From the human T2T-CHM13v2.0 reference genome, Homo sapiens: 64,000 nucleotides of DNA. The notes beneath the pieces were generated by a model. That model was not told where the DNA came from. It did not search any database and saw only the letters and a list, made by a program, of their open reading frames with translations. Positions 1-11,630 of this stretch are shown here, piece after piece; within the stretch, counting starts at the first letter, position 1, and every line of letters starts with the position of its first letter. The translations under genes were made by a program, and so were the position numbers. Location of the stretch: NCBI RefSeq assembly GCF_009914755.1, contig NC_060937.1; one strand, written 5' to 3'.

Positions 1-199
1 AGGCATTTTTACCTTCGGATTTTCTTCATCTCAAGAACTGTTCTGTCCCTTAACATCAAATAGACACACCCACACCACACACATGCACCCTGTGGTAACT
101 ATCATTTATATAAATGATAGTTTATATAAATATATAAAATATGCCAATGGCACCTACCTTTACATCTACGGACTTGCCTTCTGCTCTAAATTCCCAACC

Positions 200-1297
200 A
201 CAACCACCAGTTGCTCACACTAAAACTAGGTGTCATCCTTGATTCTTCTCTTCATTTCCTTCCATAAGCAACTGCTGTTTACAGTTTTCAGAACGCATCC
301 TAGTTGCATCCACTTCTCTCCTTCTGTGGATACCATTCTAGTCGTGGCTAGCATGACTTTCTCCTCAGCCACAGCCTTGGCTTCCTCACTCATTCCCCTG
401 CTCCCTTCCACATATTTTTTTTTTTTTTTGACACCCAGGTGTGGCACGATCTCAGCTCACTGTAACCTCTGCCTCCCGCGTTCAAGCAATTCTCCTGCCT
501 CAGCCTCCTAGGTAGCTGGGATTACAGGTGCCCGCCACCATCATTATGTATTTTTTTGTAAAAAATACAAAAATTAGTACTGGCTAATTTTTGTATTTTT
601 TAGTAGAGATGGGGTTTCACTGTATTGACCAGGCTGGTCTCTTACTCCTGACCTTGTGATCGACCCGCCTTGGCCTCCCAAAGTGCTGGGATTACAGGTG
701 TGAGCCACCATGCCCAGCCTCCTTCCACACTCTTACAGCCCTTTCTCCAACAAGCTGCCAGACTAAGCCTGAAACATAAGACTCCACCACTTCACTCTCC
801 TGCTCAAAGTCATCCGCGGTCCCCGTCCCACCCAGACTGCGGACTACATGTTTCTGCTCCCACCGACCTCTCTGAGCTGAGGTTGTTTCACGCTTCCCCT
901 CATTCACTTTTCGTTCCTTGAATGTCCATGTTTGTTCCCATCTGAAGGCCTTTGTGTGAGCTGTTTCTAGCACCTGGAATAATGTGCCCAGACCCTCACC
1001 CAGATGGTTCCTTCCTGTCATTCAGCTCCCAGATGCCAAGTCACCTCCTTTCAAGAGGCATTTTCTGGCCAAACCCCTTGGATTGCTTTCTAGTCATCTC
1101 CAATCATATCCTCATTACATTTTCATCAAGGCACTTATCACTACCAGATGCTAGCCAGTTGTCACTCTTGCTCCACTACATGGTAAGAAGTGGGGGCCGC
1201 ATTTGTCTTATTAAATACTGTGCCCCTAGAGCACAGAAAGTGGCTGGATCATTGCAGGCACAATAATTTTACTGAAGAGGGAACAGATGAATGAACA
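200..1297 (+). mobile_element. L2 LINE 3' remnant, interrupted by an Alu
   Basis: L2-like 3' region ending in an L2-type tail (caataat...gatgaatgaa, about 1260-1297); start approximate. Confidence 0.65.
415..719 (-). mobile_element. AluS element (antisense) with a small deletion and an internal fold-back duplication
   Basis: Poly-T, then Alu reverse complement ending ...ccatgcccagcc; degenerate TSD ccttccaca on both sides. Confidence 0.95.
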
Positions 1298-1756
1298 CAA
1301 ATATTCTGGAAAAGTGATAATGCTACCAAGTGTAAAAAAAAAAAAAAAGTCAATCTCTGGCAATTTCAAAAGATGATCAGGTTTGTAAGTGACATAGAAC
1401 TTAAATACTTAAATTAAGGATTAAAATTAAATACAGGCTAGGAGAAAATAAAGAAGACAAGCAAGTAAAGGCCCACATGGAAGCTAGGCAGAGAAGGGGC
1501 TCGACTAATGCATTCTAAGGAAGCAGAAGGGTGTAAGATAGACAAGGAACACTCTGATTGCGATCCTCCCTTTCTAAAAGGTGTTGCTTGGATCTTCTTG
1601 TATTTTTTTGGAGCCCTTTTCTCCTTGAAAGCCATCATCAATAGCATTCAATCAAGCCTCCCACTCAGGAGAGGAGAGAGAGGCAGACATGGAAACTCAC
1701 ACACATATTCTCTTCATATTTTCTCACCTTTCTATGCCAATATGTTTTCCTTTAAT

Positions 1757-1830
1757 GCTCCTGGAGGTACCCTTCACATAGAATACGATGTGAATAGTGC
1801 CCCCTGGGGTTGTGCAATATGGGTGTCCTG
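1757..1830. mobile_element. MER91-like (hAT-Tip100) palindromic DNA transposon fragment
   Basis: ttcacat...atgtgaa-tagtgccccctggggttgtgca resembles the palindromic core of MER91. Confidence 0.55.
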
Positions 1831-3284
1831 AAAAGAGAGAGTAGCAAGCCAAATGTGGCAGCACCAAATTTCTTGCTACCCAGGCTTCTTTCCATTTAAA
1901 AAAATGCTCTGACAATTTTTTAAAATGTTAGGGCTACATCTAATCAATTCCTAACACTCAAAATGAAAACAGGCTCAATTGCATATTGTTCTGGAGACTG
2001 GTGCTGCTACGTTTGTTTTTAGGTCTTGGCATAACTTAGGAGAGTCCCAGGGTCCTTTCCTCTGACTGGTGTGCCCGGGACCCTTGCCTCTCATCACGCA
2101 GGCCTCTCCTGCTGCTGGCCCTCTCCTGGGAGAAAGGAAAAGAGCATCAGCCACACAATTTGATGAGATCTGTAGTTTAGTGGTGCTTCTGAGAGTATAT
2201 TTGAAAAAAGATAGCCAAGACTGTGGAAAACACATTCTCTATTAGCCATGGTAATGATGACTTCCAAATAACTGAGATTATATTGTACAGGATGAAGACT
2301 TTCAATAACTTAAGTTATTATGACCAGTAACAAGGCTACTGCTGGCAAAAAATGCAAAAACCCACCCAGGTCACCAAAATCTCATGAGGAATATGGAGAC
2401 ACTACTAATGGGGAGTGAAGGGAGATGGAATAAATCTCGTCTCACCTAGAGGCAGAAACTAAGTCACTTGGCTGCATTTCAGTTTAGGATTACATTACAT
2501 CAATGTCTACTCAAGAATTTTTGAGTATTCACAGCACATTCTCAAAATTTACCAACTTTTACCTCTAGGTGGCAGCAACTTTCCTCTGTTCTTCACATGG
2601 TTGCCTTTAGCCTTTGTCTCCTACCTTTAATACAATTCCATACTTCCTTGTCTTTCACAAATAAATGCCTTATGGACTGTGCAGTTTGGGGAAGATTACT
2701 GTAAGTCACTTTCACTGTAAGAAATCAGTCCATTCTTCAGTTAAGCTACAAGGTTCTTCAAAGAGTACAATATAATTCAGATCTAAAGCGAAAAATAATA
2801 GGTATACCCTTTTCTTTCTCCATACCTATAAACTGCAAACTCTCAGAAAAGCAGCGTTTCTTTTTCTTTTCAGACCTCTGAGGAAAAAAGGCAATGAGTA
2901 CAGGAATGGAAAAAGAGATGGAATTGGAGAGATTTCTATTTTACAAAAATATCAATTTAATCCTATGATATATCCATTTATGAGGGTGTTCCAAATACAT
3001 TACAGGATGGAAGAGAAGATTTAAAGAATCACAAAAACATGGTAACATACAAGTACATATTTATGTAATGTATTGAACTGTAGTCCTACCTAAATATACC
3101 CTCTAGCTCAGAATTCTCAACTGTTAGGTTTAGGAAAGGCTCGAGAGACCTGAAGGAAATTATAGCCTTGTTTACCCAATGCTGGGCATGTCAATGAATG
3201 TCCTAGGTGGTAGTAAGAGATTCCTTTTACATAAAGTTGAAATTTGATTGTGGGCTAATACTTAGGGTTGACAAAGCACTTTCT

Positions 3285-3717
3285 CTTTTTTTTTTTTATT
3301 TCAATGGGTTTTTGGAGAACAGGTAGTGTTTGGCTACATAAATAAGTTATTTGGTGGTGATTTCTGAGATTTTGGTGCACCCATCACCTGAGCAGTGTAC
3401 ACTGTACCCTCACCACCACCCCAACCCTTTCCCCCAAGTCCCCAAAGTCCATTCTATGATTCTTATGCTTTTGCGTCCTCATAGCTTAGCTGCCACTTAT
3501 GAGTGAGAACATACGATGTTTGGTTTTCCATTCCTGAGTTACTTCACTTAGAATAATGGTCTCCTTTTACATTCAGATTGCTGCAAATGCTATTGTTTCA
3601 TTCCTTTTTATGGCTGAGCAGCCTTCCATACTGTATATATACACCACATTTTCTTTATCCGCTTGTTGACTGATGGGCATTTGGGCTGGTTGCATATTTT
3701 TGCAATTGCAAACTGTG
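3285..3717 (-). mobile_element. 5'-truncated L1PB-type LINE-1 3' end
   Basis: Poly-T, then gatttctgagattttggtgcacccatcacctgagcagtgtacactgtaccc and L1 3'UTR; TSD aagcactttct at 3274-3284 and 3718-3728. Confidence 0.9.
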
Positions 3718-4334
3718 AAGCACTTTCTTTCAAGGTGATGCTATGAAGAGTCTTACCTCTTGGGGATTCTTTCAAGACCTAATTTGAATAGTTTGGGTCA
3801 GATATCATTTATTTATTGATTTAAGATAAATATAAATATTATTTATCTTAAAGAGCCATAAAGACTAATTTAGCATAAGTGAGAAATTTATACCAGAACC
3901 CAGCTTGTAGATCAAAGCTTTATGCATTTCATAGGCAGTTCCTCTGTTTTCTGCCTATCGTATATGTGATATCGCAATAACTACGTATGTTTGGTTTTAA
4001 AGGCTGCATTTTTAAATATGTGATGCCAAGTAGGGTTTTAGAGAAATGAAGGTTCAAAGTGATTAAGATCAACACTCTTAGGTTTCAAGGAGAATGGTGT
4101 CTATTTTGACTGAACATCCTTCATACATTTTGGCTACTCGATAACTAAGAGTAAGACCAAGGAGAAAGGACCTAGTAACTAATGATAGAGTGCTTTCACT
4201 TTCTAAAACGTAAGGCATTACGGCCTTATGGAAAGCGTTAAAGCTTGTCATGGAAAAGCTACTACGCTTACGAGAGCTTTCAGGTAATTTAAAGGTAGGG
4301 CAAATTGATGGTTCTAATTTATAAAGAGTAGTCT

Positions 4335-4690
4335 TTCCCATCATTTTTTGGTACTAACACTTTTCCTTTGGGAAACTACTCCCACCTCATCTCATCTTTG
4401 TAGGATTGTAACCAAGGGCTGGGCACCTAACCCAGGACCAATCATACTCTAGCTTCCTCTATTGTGATTATTGAGGAGGTGACACAGAGGAACTAGAGCT
4501 GACCCCTCCCAGGCCTGTACCTGCTGATTAAATCTTGCTCCCTGGACCCTGGGTGCTGTCCTGGCTCCTGTGTTTCCTGAGGCCCAGATCCTCTTCTTTA
4601 CTTTTGTCTCCATATAACCTACCTTATGTCCTGAAAAATCACCTTTTGCTTAAGGCAGCCATATTCAGTTAGTTTCCATTACTTCCAACA
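4335..4690 (+). mobile_element. LTR33/LTR16-like ERVL solo LTR
   Basis: ttttcctttgggaaactactccc near the 5' end and ...ttttgcttaag...ttacttccaaca at the 3' end resemble ERVL LTR33. Confidence 0.55.
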
Positions 4691-4704
4691 AAAGAACCCC
4701 ATCT

Positions 4705-4817
4705 ATACAGCATACATTATTTGGGTGATGGATACTCTAAAAGCCCTGACTTCACCTACACAATCCTATGCATGTAACAAAATTACACTTGTATCTCATA
4801 AATTTACACAAAAAAAG
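4705..4817 (+). mobile_element. Short L1M(A) 3'-terminal fragment
   Basis: tttgggtgatggatactctaaaagccctgacttcacc...gtaacaaaattacacttgta plus A-tail; TSD-like aaaagaac(cc/tt)catct on both sides. Confidence 0.7.
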
Positions 4818-5729
4818 AACTTCATCTGATAAAAGGGACTAAACTAAATGAATATTTAGACAGAGATAACAGCCACAAGTAGACAGTGGATTTCAGCAGG
4901 GTCCTCAGCCCCTTAGCTATTAGTTAGCTGAGGGCTTATGTAAAATAGCTGTGACAAAACCTGTGTGATTCTGAGTTGGTTTAAATCTTTTTTATAAATA
5001 CGTTGCACGCTATCTATTGCTCTCTTAAAACTAATTTAAAGAAATATATTATTAGGATACTGGTCTTACCTTAGGCAAATCTTGTACTATGCCAAGAAAT
5101 GTAATAAATAGCTAGTTTCAGGGAAATTACTAAGAAACTTTATGAAGATCTGGTGGTCAACTGAGAAAAATTATATTGAGGTAAGAATATGTTTGATTTT
5201 AAAATTGCTAGTTCACTGTCCATGTGTATACGGAGAAATCTCTGTAGCTAGAAAGATGACATTGCAAATGTGACCAGCAGATGAAAACCAGAACAAAACT
5301 GCTGGCACATGGAGCATTCCTGCAGGGAACCCCTTAAGATTTATTATCCTGAGCAGTATTTCCAGCAAATGCATGAACACATTCAGATTTTTGATTGGGT
5401 TCCAATTTTAGTCATTATTCTTTCAAATGCATATTTAGAAGACAGCCATGGATTATAATTGATAGCCAATTTTTTCAGCCCAAATATATCCACTGAAAAA
5501 TACTATGAAAGATGAAGAAAGGATGTGGCTTCTTTCTATATATATGAAATAAAATCCTTCTTCATTTTAAGTTGATATGTTACTTAAACATGGTTGGTAC
5601 TGGTTCTATCACAGATACATGTATTTTTTCATATTGAGACACAGTCTTTTTTTCTGTATCAGTCATTTATGACTCCCCACATTCCCTTCTTCATGTTTCA
5701 TTATGACATGACCATTGCTTTGAGTTTTA

Positions 5730-5866
5730 ATTTTTCTTTTTTTTAGAGACAGGGGTTGGTCTTGCTATGTTGCCTGGGCTGGTCTTGAACTCCTGGGCTC
5801 AAGGGATCCTCCTGCCTCAGTCTCTCAAGTCTCTGGGATTACAGGAACCGGTCTACTGCACCCAGC
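5730..5866 (-). mobile_element. FLAM/Alu monomer
   Basis: Poly-T plus a single antisense Alu arm (ctcctgggctcaag...ctgggattacagg). Confidence 0.85.
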
Positions 5867-8001
5867 TATTTTAAAGTTCTACATCTGGACAACTTTAAAA
5901 GGAAGAGGTTTGGGATGGAGAATAACCCACATCATACAATTTAAACCCCTATAAGAAGCAGTAGTTTAAGCAGCTTTGCTAGAGTAAATCATGATTTCAG
6001 ACTGTGTGAATTTTAAATTTCCTCTGCTGTATAAAACCACTGTAAGAACAAAAATAGACAACAATAGACTACAAACCCCAGAATTACAAAGTTGTTTGGA
6101 ATTGTTAACAATATTGCCTGTTCATGCTGTAATTAGTTAGTATGACGGAGATGTTTTATTACATGATAGCACCACACCTGGGTACAGTGTTGGGAAGATA
6201 CCAGGAATCAACAAAGAGTACAATGACATGTCTTATGGGTTCACATGTTAGGTTTCCAGTACAATATTAATATGGTTCTGAGCCGCAGGTTGATAAACTA
6301 TTCCTGGGTTTTTAATATGAAAATGTCTCAGAAGTGGTTACCTTTATGGCCTCAGCATGATCTTACAGCCTTAATTCTCCTATAATTAGGGAAATAATTA
6401 CAGAAAATTATCTACTTTAATTTTTTTCCCTTATATCATCTTTACTGTTACTAAAGAAATACTAGAGACAAAATCAGCTGATACCAGCAGGAATATAGAA
6501 ACTACTTTTATCATGAATCTCTCTTGCTGAAATTCTGGGTGATAGAGAAGTTAAGAAAATTAGGCCAAAGTTCTTTCATACGGTCACTTTGGAAGACAGA
6601 ACATAAGTCTGAAGTGTAAGTAACTGTCCCCAAGCTAAATTTGAGGAGGTAAAGTCATTAAAGAAATTAATAGGTGATACTGCATTATAGCAAAGAAAAG
6701 ATGAGAATTTGGAGGGATTTAAAATGTAACACCACCCTGCAGGCACTTCTTTTTATTGTAATTCAGCACATATACAGAGAACTTGCAAGCAGGTTAACGA
6801 TGACATCAACTATGGCCCATTTTCCAAATCTCCTATCAAACTTTGGAGACAGCATGCTTCCAAACCAAACCTAAAGGTAACCTTCTGTGACTTATTTGCC
6901 AACACGCATGGCTTAAAAAGACCATGAAGGCTTTGCATTCTTGGAACTGGAATTTCCACATATTAAAGTCCATGCATAATATAATTTTTGCTCTGTAAGT
7001 CAAGAAGCAAGGCAGTGAAATACTCTAGTAATTAAAATTAAAAAATCAATATTATCTATAAATAATGAGCATGCAAGGATCTGTAAGATGATGAGTAAAC
7101 ATTTTGGCAGGGAGTAAGTGCCACATACTGGTGTGAGGAGCAACGTCTTCATTAAGCTTCTCCTATTTCTCCTTGCTCTCCCATCCCATCAATCTAATGG
7201 GAATTTCCCAGGCAAAAGCCTTCTGCTTAGCTTGTAATGAATTAAACATTCACATTTCTCTTGCTCTCTGCACAGGTGGACAACTGCCACGTCATGGAAA
7301 GACTACTGGATACGCATGCAGAGGCCTGGATGAACAGGCACAGAGAGGCTTGGATTTATGCCTAGGTTTGGCATGTAACGTTTTTGTCTGGGGGCCTCCA
7401 TTTGTAAGGTAAGGAGGTTGAACTGCGCTTGATGATGCTTGCATTTCCTTTATAGCCTTGAAGTTGGTAATTTGGAAATGCTCTGTCCCTCCTCAAAAGA
7501 CTGTTCTACATTAGATTTCTGAGAGATTTCCAATATCTACAACTTCAGTGCCTTCCTCTGTTAAGGAAAAAGGTTTAAGCAAGAAAGAATGTTCTCATTT
7601 TTATGACAAAACTCTCCAAGTTATATCCCTCAAAAAGATTCCATGAAGTCATGTCTAACATTTGCAACTGCATGAATATAAATATTTAAGTTCACTGTAG
7701 CACCATACATCCACACTAAAACATTAAAGTGTGAAAAGGCTCTTCCTGCCCTCCACAAAAATTTGTGACACAGAACTTTTTCACACCCAAATGTGAAAAA
7801 TGATTCACACCCAGCATGCATCATAATTTGCATAGAGACCTCATTAACACTGGAGACTTTTTGTGTATATAGCTACATAAAATCTTAGGCACATTAGTAA
7901 TAAATAAATAATAATAGAGACTGGTAGTGGCAGCATCCAATTGGTTAGAGAAAACTACAAAATTACTTCTATTTTACTAATGACAATTCCTACATATATA
8001 G

Positions 8002-8289
8002 TTTTTTCACAGAGTCTTGCTCTGTTGCCCAGGCTGGAATGAGGTGGCACAATCATACCTCACTGTAGCCTTGAATTCCTGGGCTCAAGGCTCCTGCTTC
8101 AGCCTCCTGAGTAGCTAGGACTACAGGTGCATACCATCACGCCTGGCTAATTTTAAAAGGAAATAAAAAATAGTGAGCTGGCGTCTCACTATGTTGCCCA
8201 GCTGGTCTTAAACTCCTGGGCTCAGGCAATTCTTCAGCTTCAGCCTCCCAAAGTGCTGGGATCACAGGTGTGAGCCACCACATTTGGCC
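8002..8289 (-). mobile_element. AluJ
   Basis: Antisense dimeric Alu with J-type ctcctgggctca motifs in both arms. Confidence 0.9.
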
Positions 8290-8940
8290 AATGATTACTA
8301 TTAATAACGCTGTATTTCCTATGTTATCATACAAATAGCCCATAAAGTTTGTATTATGTGACTCCCACTACCACTGTTACACAACAGCCCTTGATACTGG
8401 TTTTAGGTACACAGCACAATCACTACCGCCACCATTATCAAGCAACGACACATGCCCAAGTCCTTTAAAACCTTAAAAATGGAGCAGGATAGAGCAAGAA
8501 GTGGAGAGGAAAAAAGAAAGTGAAAATCTAAAGATGGAGCATATATAAATGTGCACGTCTTTAGAATACGAACATGGATTCTGGAAATTTCTGGAGCCTT
8601 AAGTCAACTGCAATAATTGGTTCACAGATATTTCCCACTAAACACCACCCTGTCCTATGCCAGCCTACACAGACACACCAAAATGTAGCTTAAAGATTTC
8701 TGTTATATCTTTAGGAATAAAACAGCTGAATATGACCTGGAAACAGCTGCTCTCCTGTGGGTCTGATATTAGGATATAATCATTTCAATTAAAAAGATCT
8801 GCCAAGATAAAAGTCTATCTTCACATTCAACTCTCTAATAAGAATTTTCCACATTTGGCTCAAATGCAGAAAAATAGATTTTTTCTGGCATTACTGTATG
8901 CAAGAAAGAGTGGCAAATATTCTAAAAATGGTTTATAATG

Positions 8941-9478
8941 TGAAGGGTAGTAGAATATGCCACTTCAAAATTTGCCACTTCAGCCTAAGAATTATTATGA
9001 GCTACAGGCAATGAAAAAGGAGGAGACACAAGAAAAAGTCTCTGCTCTCCTTCTTTCTACCAGGAAGGGCAAGGCAATTCTTAATCACTGGAGACAACTC
9101 TCCTGTATCAACCCAGAGATGGCATCAGAGGAATCTGCACAACACATCTCATTATCCCTTATTTCCCATTAGTTTCTCCCGTTTATTTACCTTCCTACAA
9201 TTGCACGCCCTTGAAGCTCAAAATCCTTTTCCTCTGTCTTTTTCACTTCTCTAAAAAACTGTCTTTTTGTTGTTGTTGTTGCTAAGATGCTCTAAAGGTC
9301 CAAGCTCTAACCACCCCTCTGGGTTACTCATGCCCATGTGTGTATGTAAATACACATGTTAATAAACTTCTGCTCATTTTTCTTTGTTAATCTGTCTTTT
9401 GTCAGTTTAATTTACAGGGCCCCAGCCAATAAACCTAAGATGGGTAGAAGGAAAAGAGGTTTTTACTTCCCTACCACA
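8941..9478 (+). mobile_element. MER34/MER39-like ERV1 solo LTR
   Basis: Starts TGaaggg...gaatatgccac; internal AATAAA at 9361; ends agggccccagccaataaacctaagatgggtagaagg...CA. Confidence 0.75.
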
Positions 9479-10719
9479 GTCACTGGAGAAAGGAAGGCAT
9501 GCTCACTTCCATTTAGGGACAAGGGTGAAGGTAAAGAGGAGCGGTCTGATGAAATAGAGAATGAAATTCACACGACCAAACCCCAAAGGCTTCATCAATC
9601 TTCAAATCAGTAAATGTTCCTAGTGCATGGTGGTACTGAGGGGACAAACTTTCTGATGAACAGAGTTTATGTCTGGCCTGGCTTGCTACCTTTAATTAAT
9701 TCAATACTAAATGAGTTGTACAATGATCTGGTATTTGTTATTGGGGTGCTAATATACCCGCAAGAAGTTCTTATTGCCATTCTTTAATCCCTTGGAGTTA
9801 GCAGACAGTTATAGCAAGCCTGAATCCACTCCAACATATGTCGTTGGGCCTCTTAGGCCCTGGCACTCTCGTTTCCTCCCTGGGTATGTACAATATTACC
9901 ACACTTTCAATTCCAGTGGATTTTGTTTGCCTTATACAGATATTCTTTTTCTTCACCTCCAGAGGAAATGTTCCCAGATGAACAAGGCCAGCAGATGCTG
10001 CCTCTCGTAACAATATCATGCAAAGAAAAATGCTAGTTAAAAGTTTAAACCATCTTAACTCAATAATAAACACTGGTTTGGGAACTCAACAACAGCCATA
10101 GGCTTTCCCAACCTACTGATTTTCATACCTTACCTATACATACCTTAATAGTGTTAAGTTGGAGGCTTTTCTTCTTTTCCTGAACTTTAATTACTTATTT
10201 GATGAACACAATTTTTTAATTGATTGGGGTATTTGCTAAGCTACCTTCACAAAAATCACTGTTCCTAATTCTCAAATACAGTGTTTGCGGGTTGAACCCA
10301 AGCCAGAGCCAAGCTAGTGTTGAACTTGACATGTAATCCTACAAATTACCCAGTTGATAGATGGGGGACAGCAACTATCACTTTCCCTTCCTCTTCATTG
10401 CCAGCGTGAGTCTTTAAACTTTCTGAATTTTCAGGGCCAATATTTCACTAAGAAATAACAAGTGTTTATCACTTTACTAGAAGTACAGGCTGGGTGATTC
10501 ATGGGGCTTCTTCCTAGCCAGGTGATTTATTTCCATATACTAGACTCACAGTATTTACCTAAGGAAGATTCAAGGTAGTATATATCATAGAAATCTTAGC
10601 TAGCTTATGACCAAATAACGTACACGTATTAAATCCATGTATGCTCCTACTAGAGTCAATTTGGAAATATCTCCAGGTCTTTCTATGCGTGCATCAATCT
10701 ATAAAGGAAACACTAGCTC

Positions 10720-11105
10720 AACTCTGCTTTTCTTACTAATTCTAGGCCTTTGCTCAAAAGCTTTCTTCTTTGGGATGGATTTTCTGACAGCCTTGTTCCT
10801 TCCTTTATATTCCACCCCCTCCCAAGTATGAACTCTCAAATTAGTCTTAAATAAAGCTGCTAACTTCTCCTTCTAAACATTATATTATAAATATATCTCC
10901 TTAGAGCTTTACCCACATTGTATATTATGTGCTTGTGTGATATCGTATATGTGCCTGTGTATGTGACATCACACACACATACACATACACATCTGCCCTG
11001 CAAGACAGGTAGGCCCTTGAGGATAGAAACCATGTTTTATTTATCTTTCTAATCTAGTGCTTCTTACAGTGCCTGGGACTGTAAATAAATGTTGCTGAAT
11101 AAATA
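10720..11105 (+). mobile_element. L2 3' remnant
   Basis: cagtgcctggg...aataaatgttgctgaataaat, an L2-type tail; start approximate. Confidence 0.55.
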
Positions 11106-11499
11106 AAAGTTGAATTTTCTCAAGGCCAGTAGTAAACATCACTTTTGTTTTCCATGGATTACTTCTCTGGAGATACAAGAGGTTTACACTTACTAAACAA
11201 ATAACATGCTATGAATTATGCAGGAACATCATTACTTCAATACTTCAGAGAGGAAAAGTCAAGAAAAGAAACTGTGTTATTTACTCCATGTTTTACATTT
11301 AGCCATTGAGAACCAAGTTATGGAAACTGGATCTCATACCTGACAACTCTGTACTCTACCCATTAGCTTGTGGCGTGTGATAAGTCAAGAACAGACCTGA
11401 TTTGTCCCTTTCCTTTCACATAATGATCATCATATTATTACTCCCTTAGCTTTTCAGGCCGGACAGGGGATAACATGCTTTAGCAATGGTAAGAGACGA

Positions 11500-11630
11500 G
11501 GAAGGATGCCCCGGCTCTGAGGCAAGGTGTAAGCAAACGCCTCTGTGCCCCATTTCCCCCTCTGTGAAAAAGAAAAGCACAATATTTAACAACATCGCCA
11601 AGCTATTGTGAGAATTAATTAGATTTCGTG
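11500..11630 (+). mobile_element. MIR remnant
   Basis: ctctgtgccccatttccccctctgtgaaaa resembles the MIR core. Confidence 0.5.

Noticed and set aside
4352-4358. TACTAAC branch-point consensus (also at 15121 and about 49428, 55298)
   Set aside because: Several copies are expected by chance in 64 kb of AT-rich DNA.
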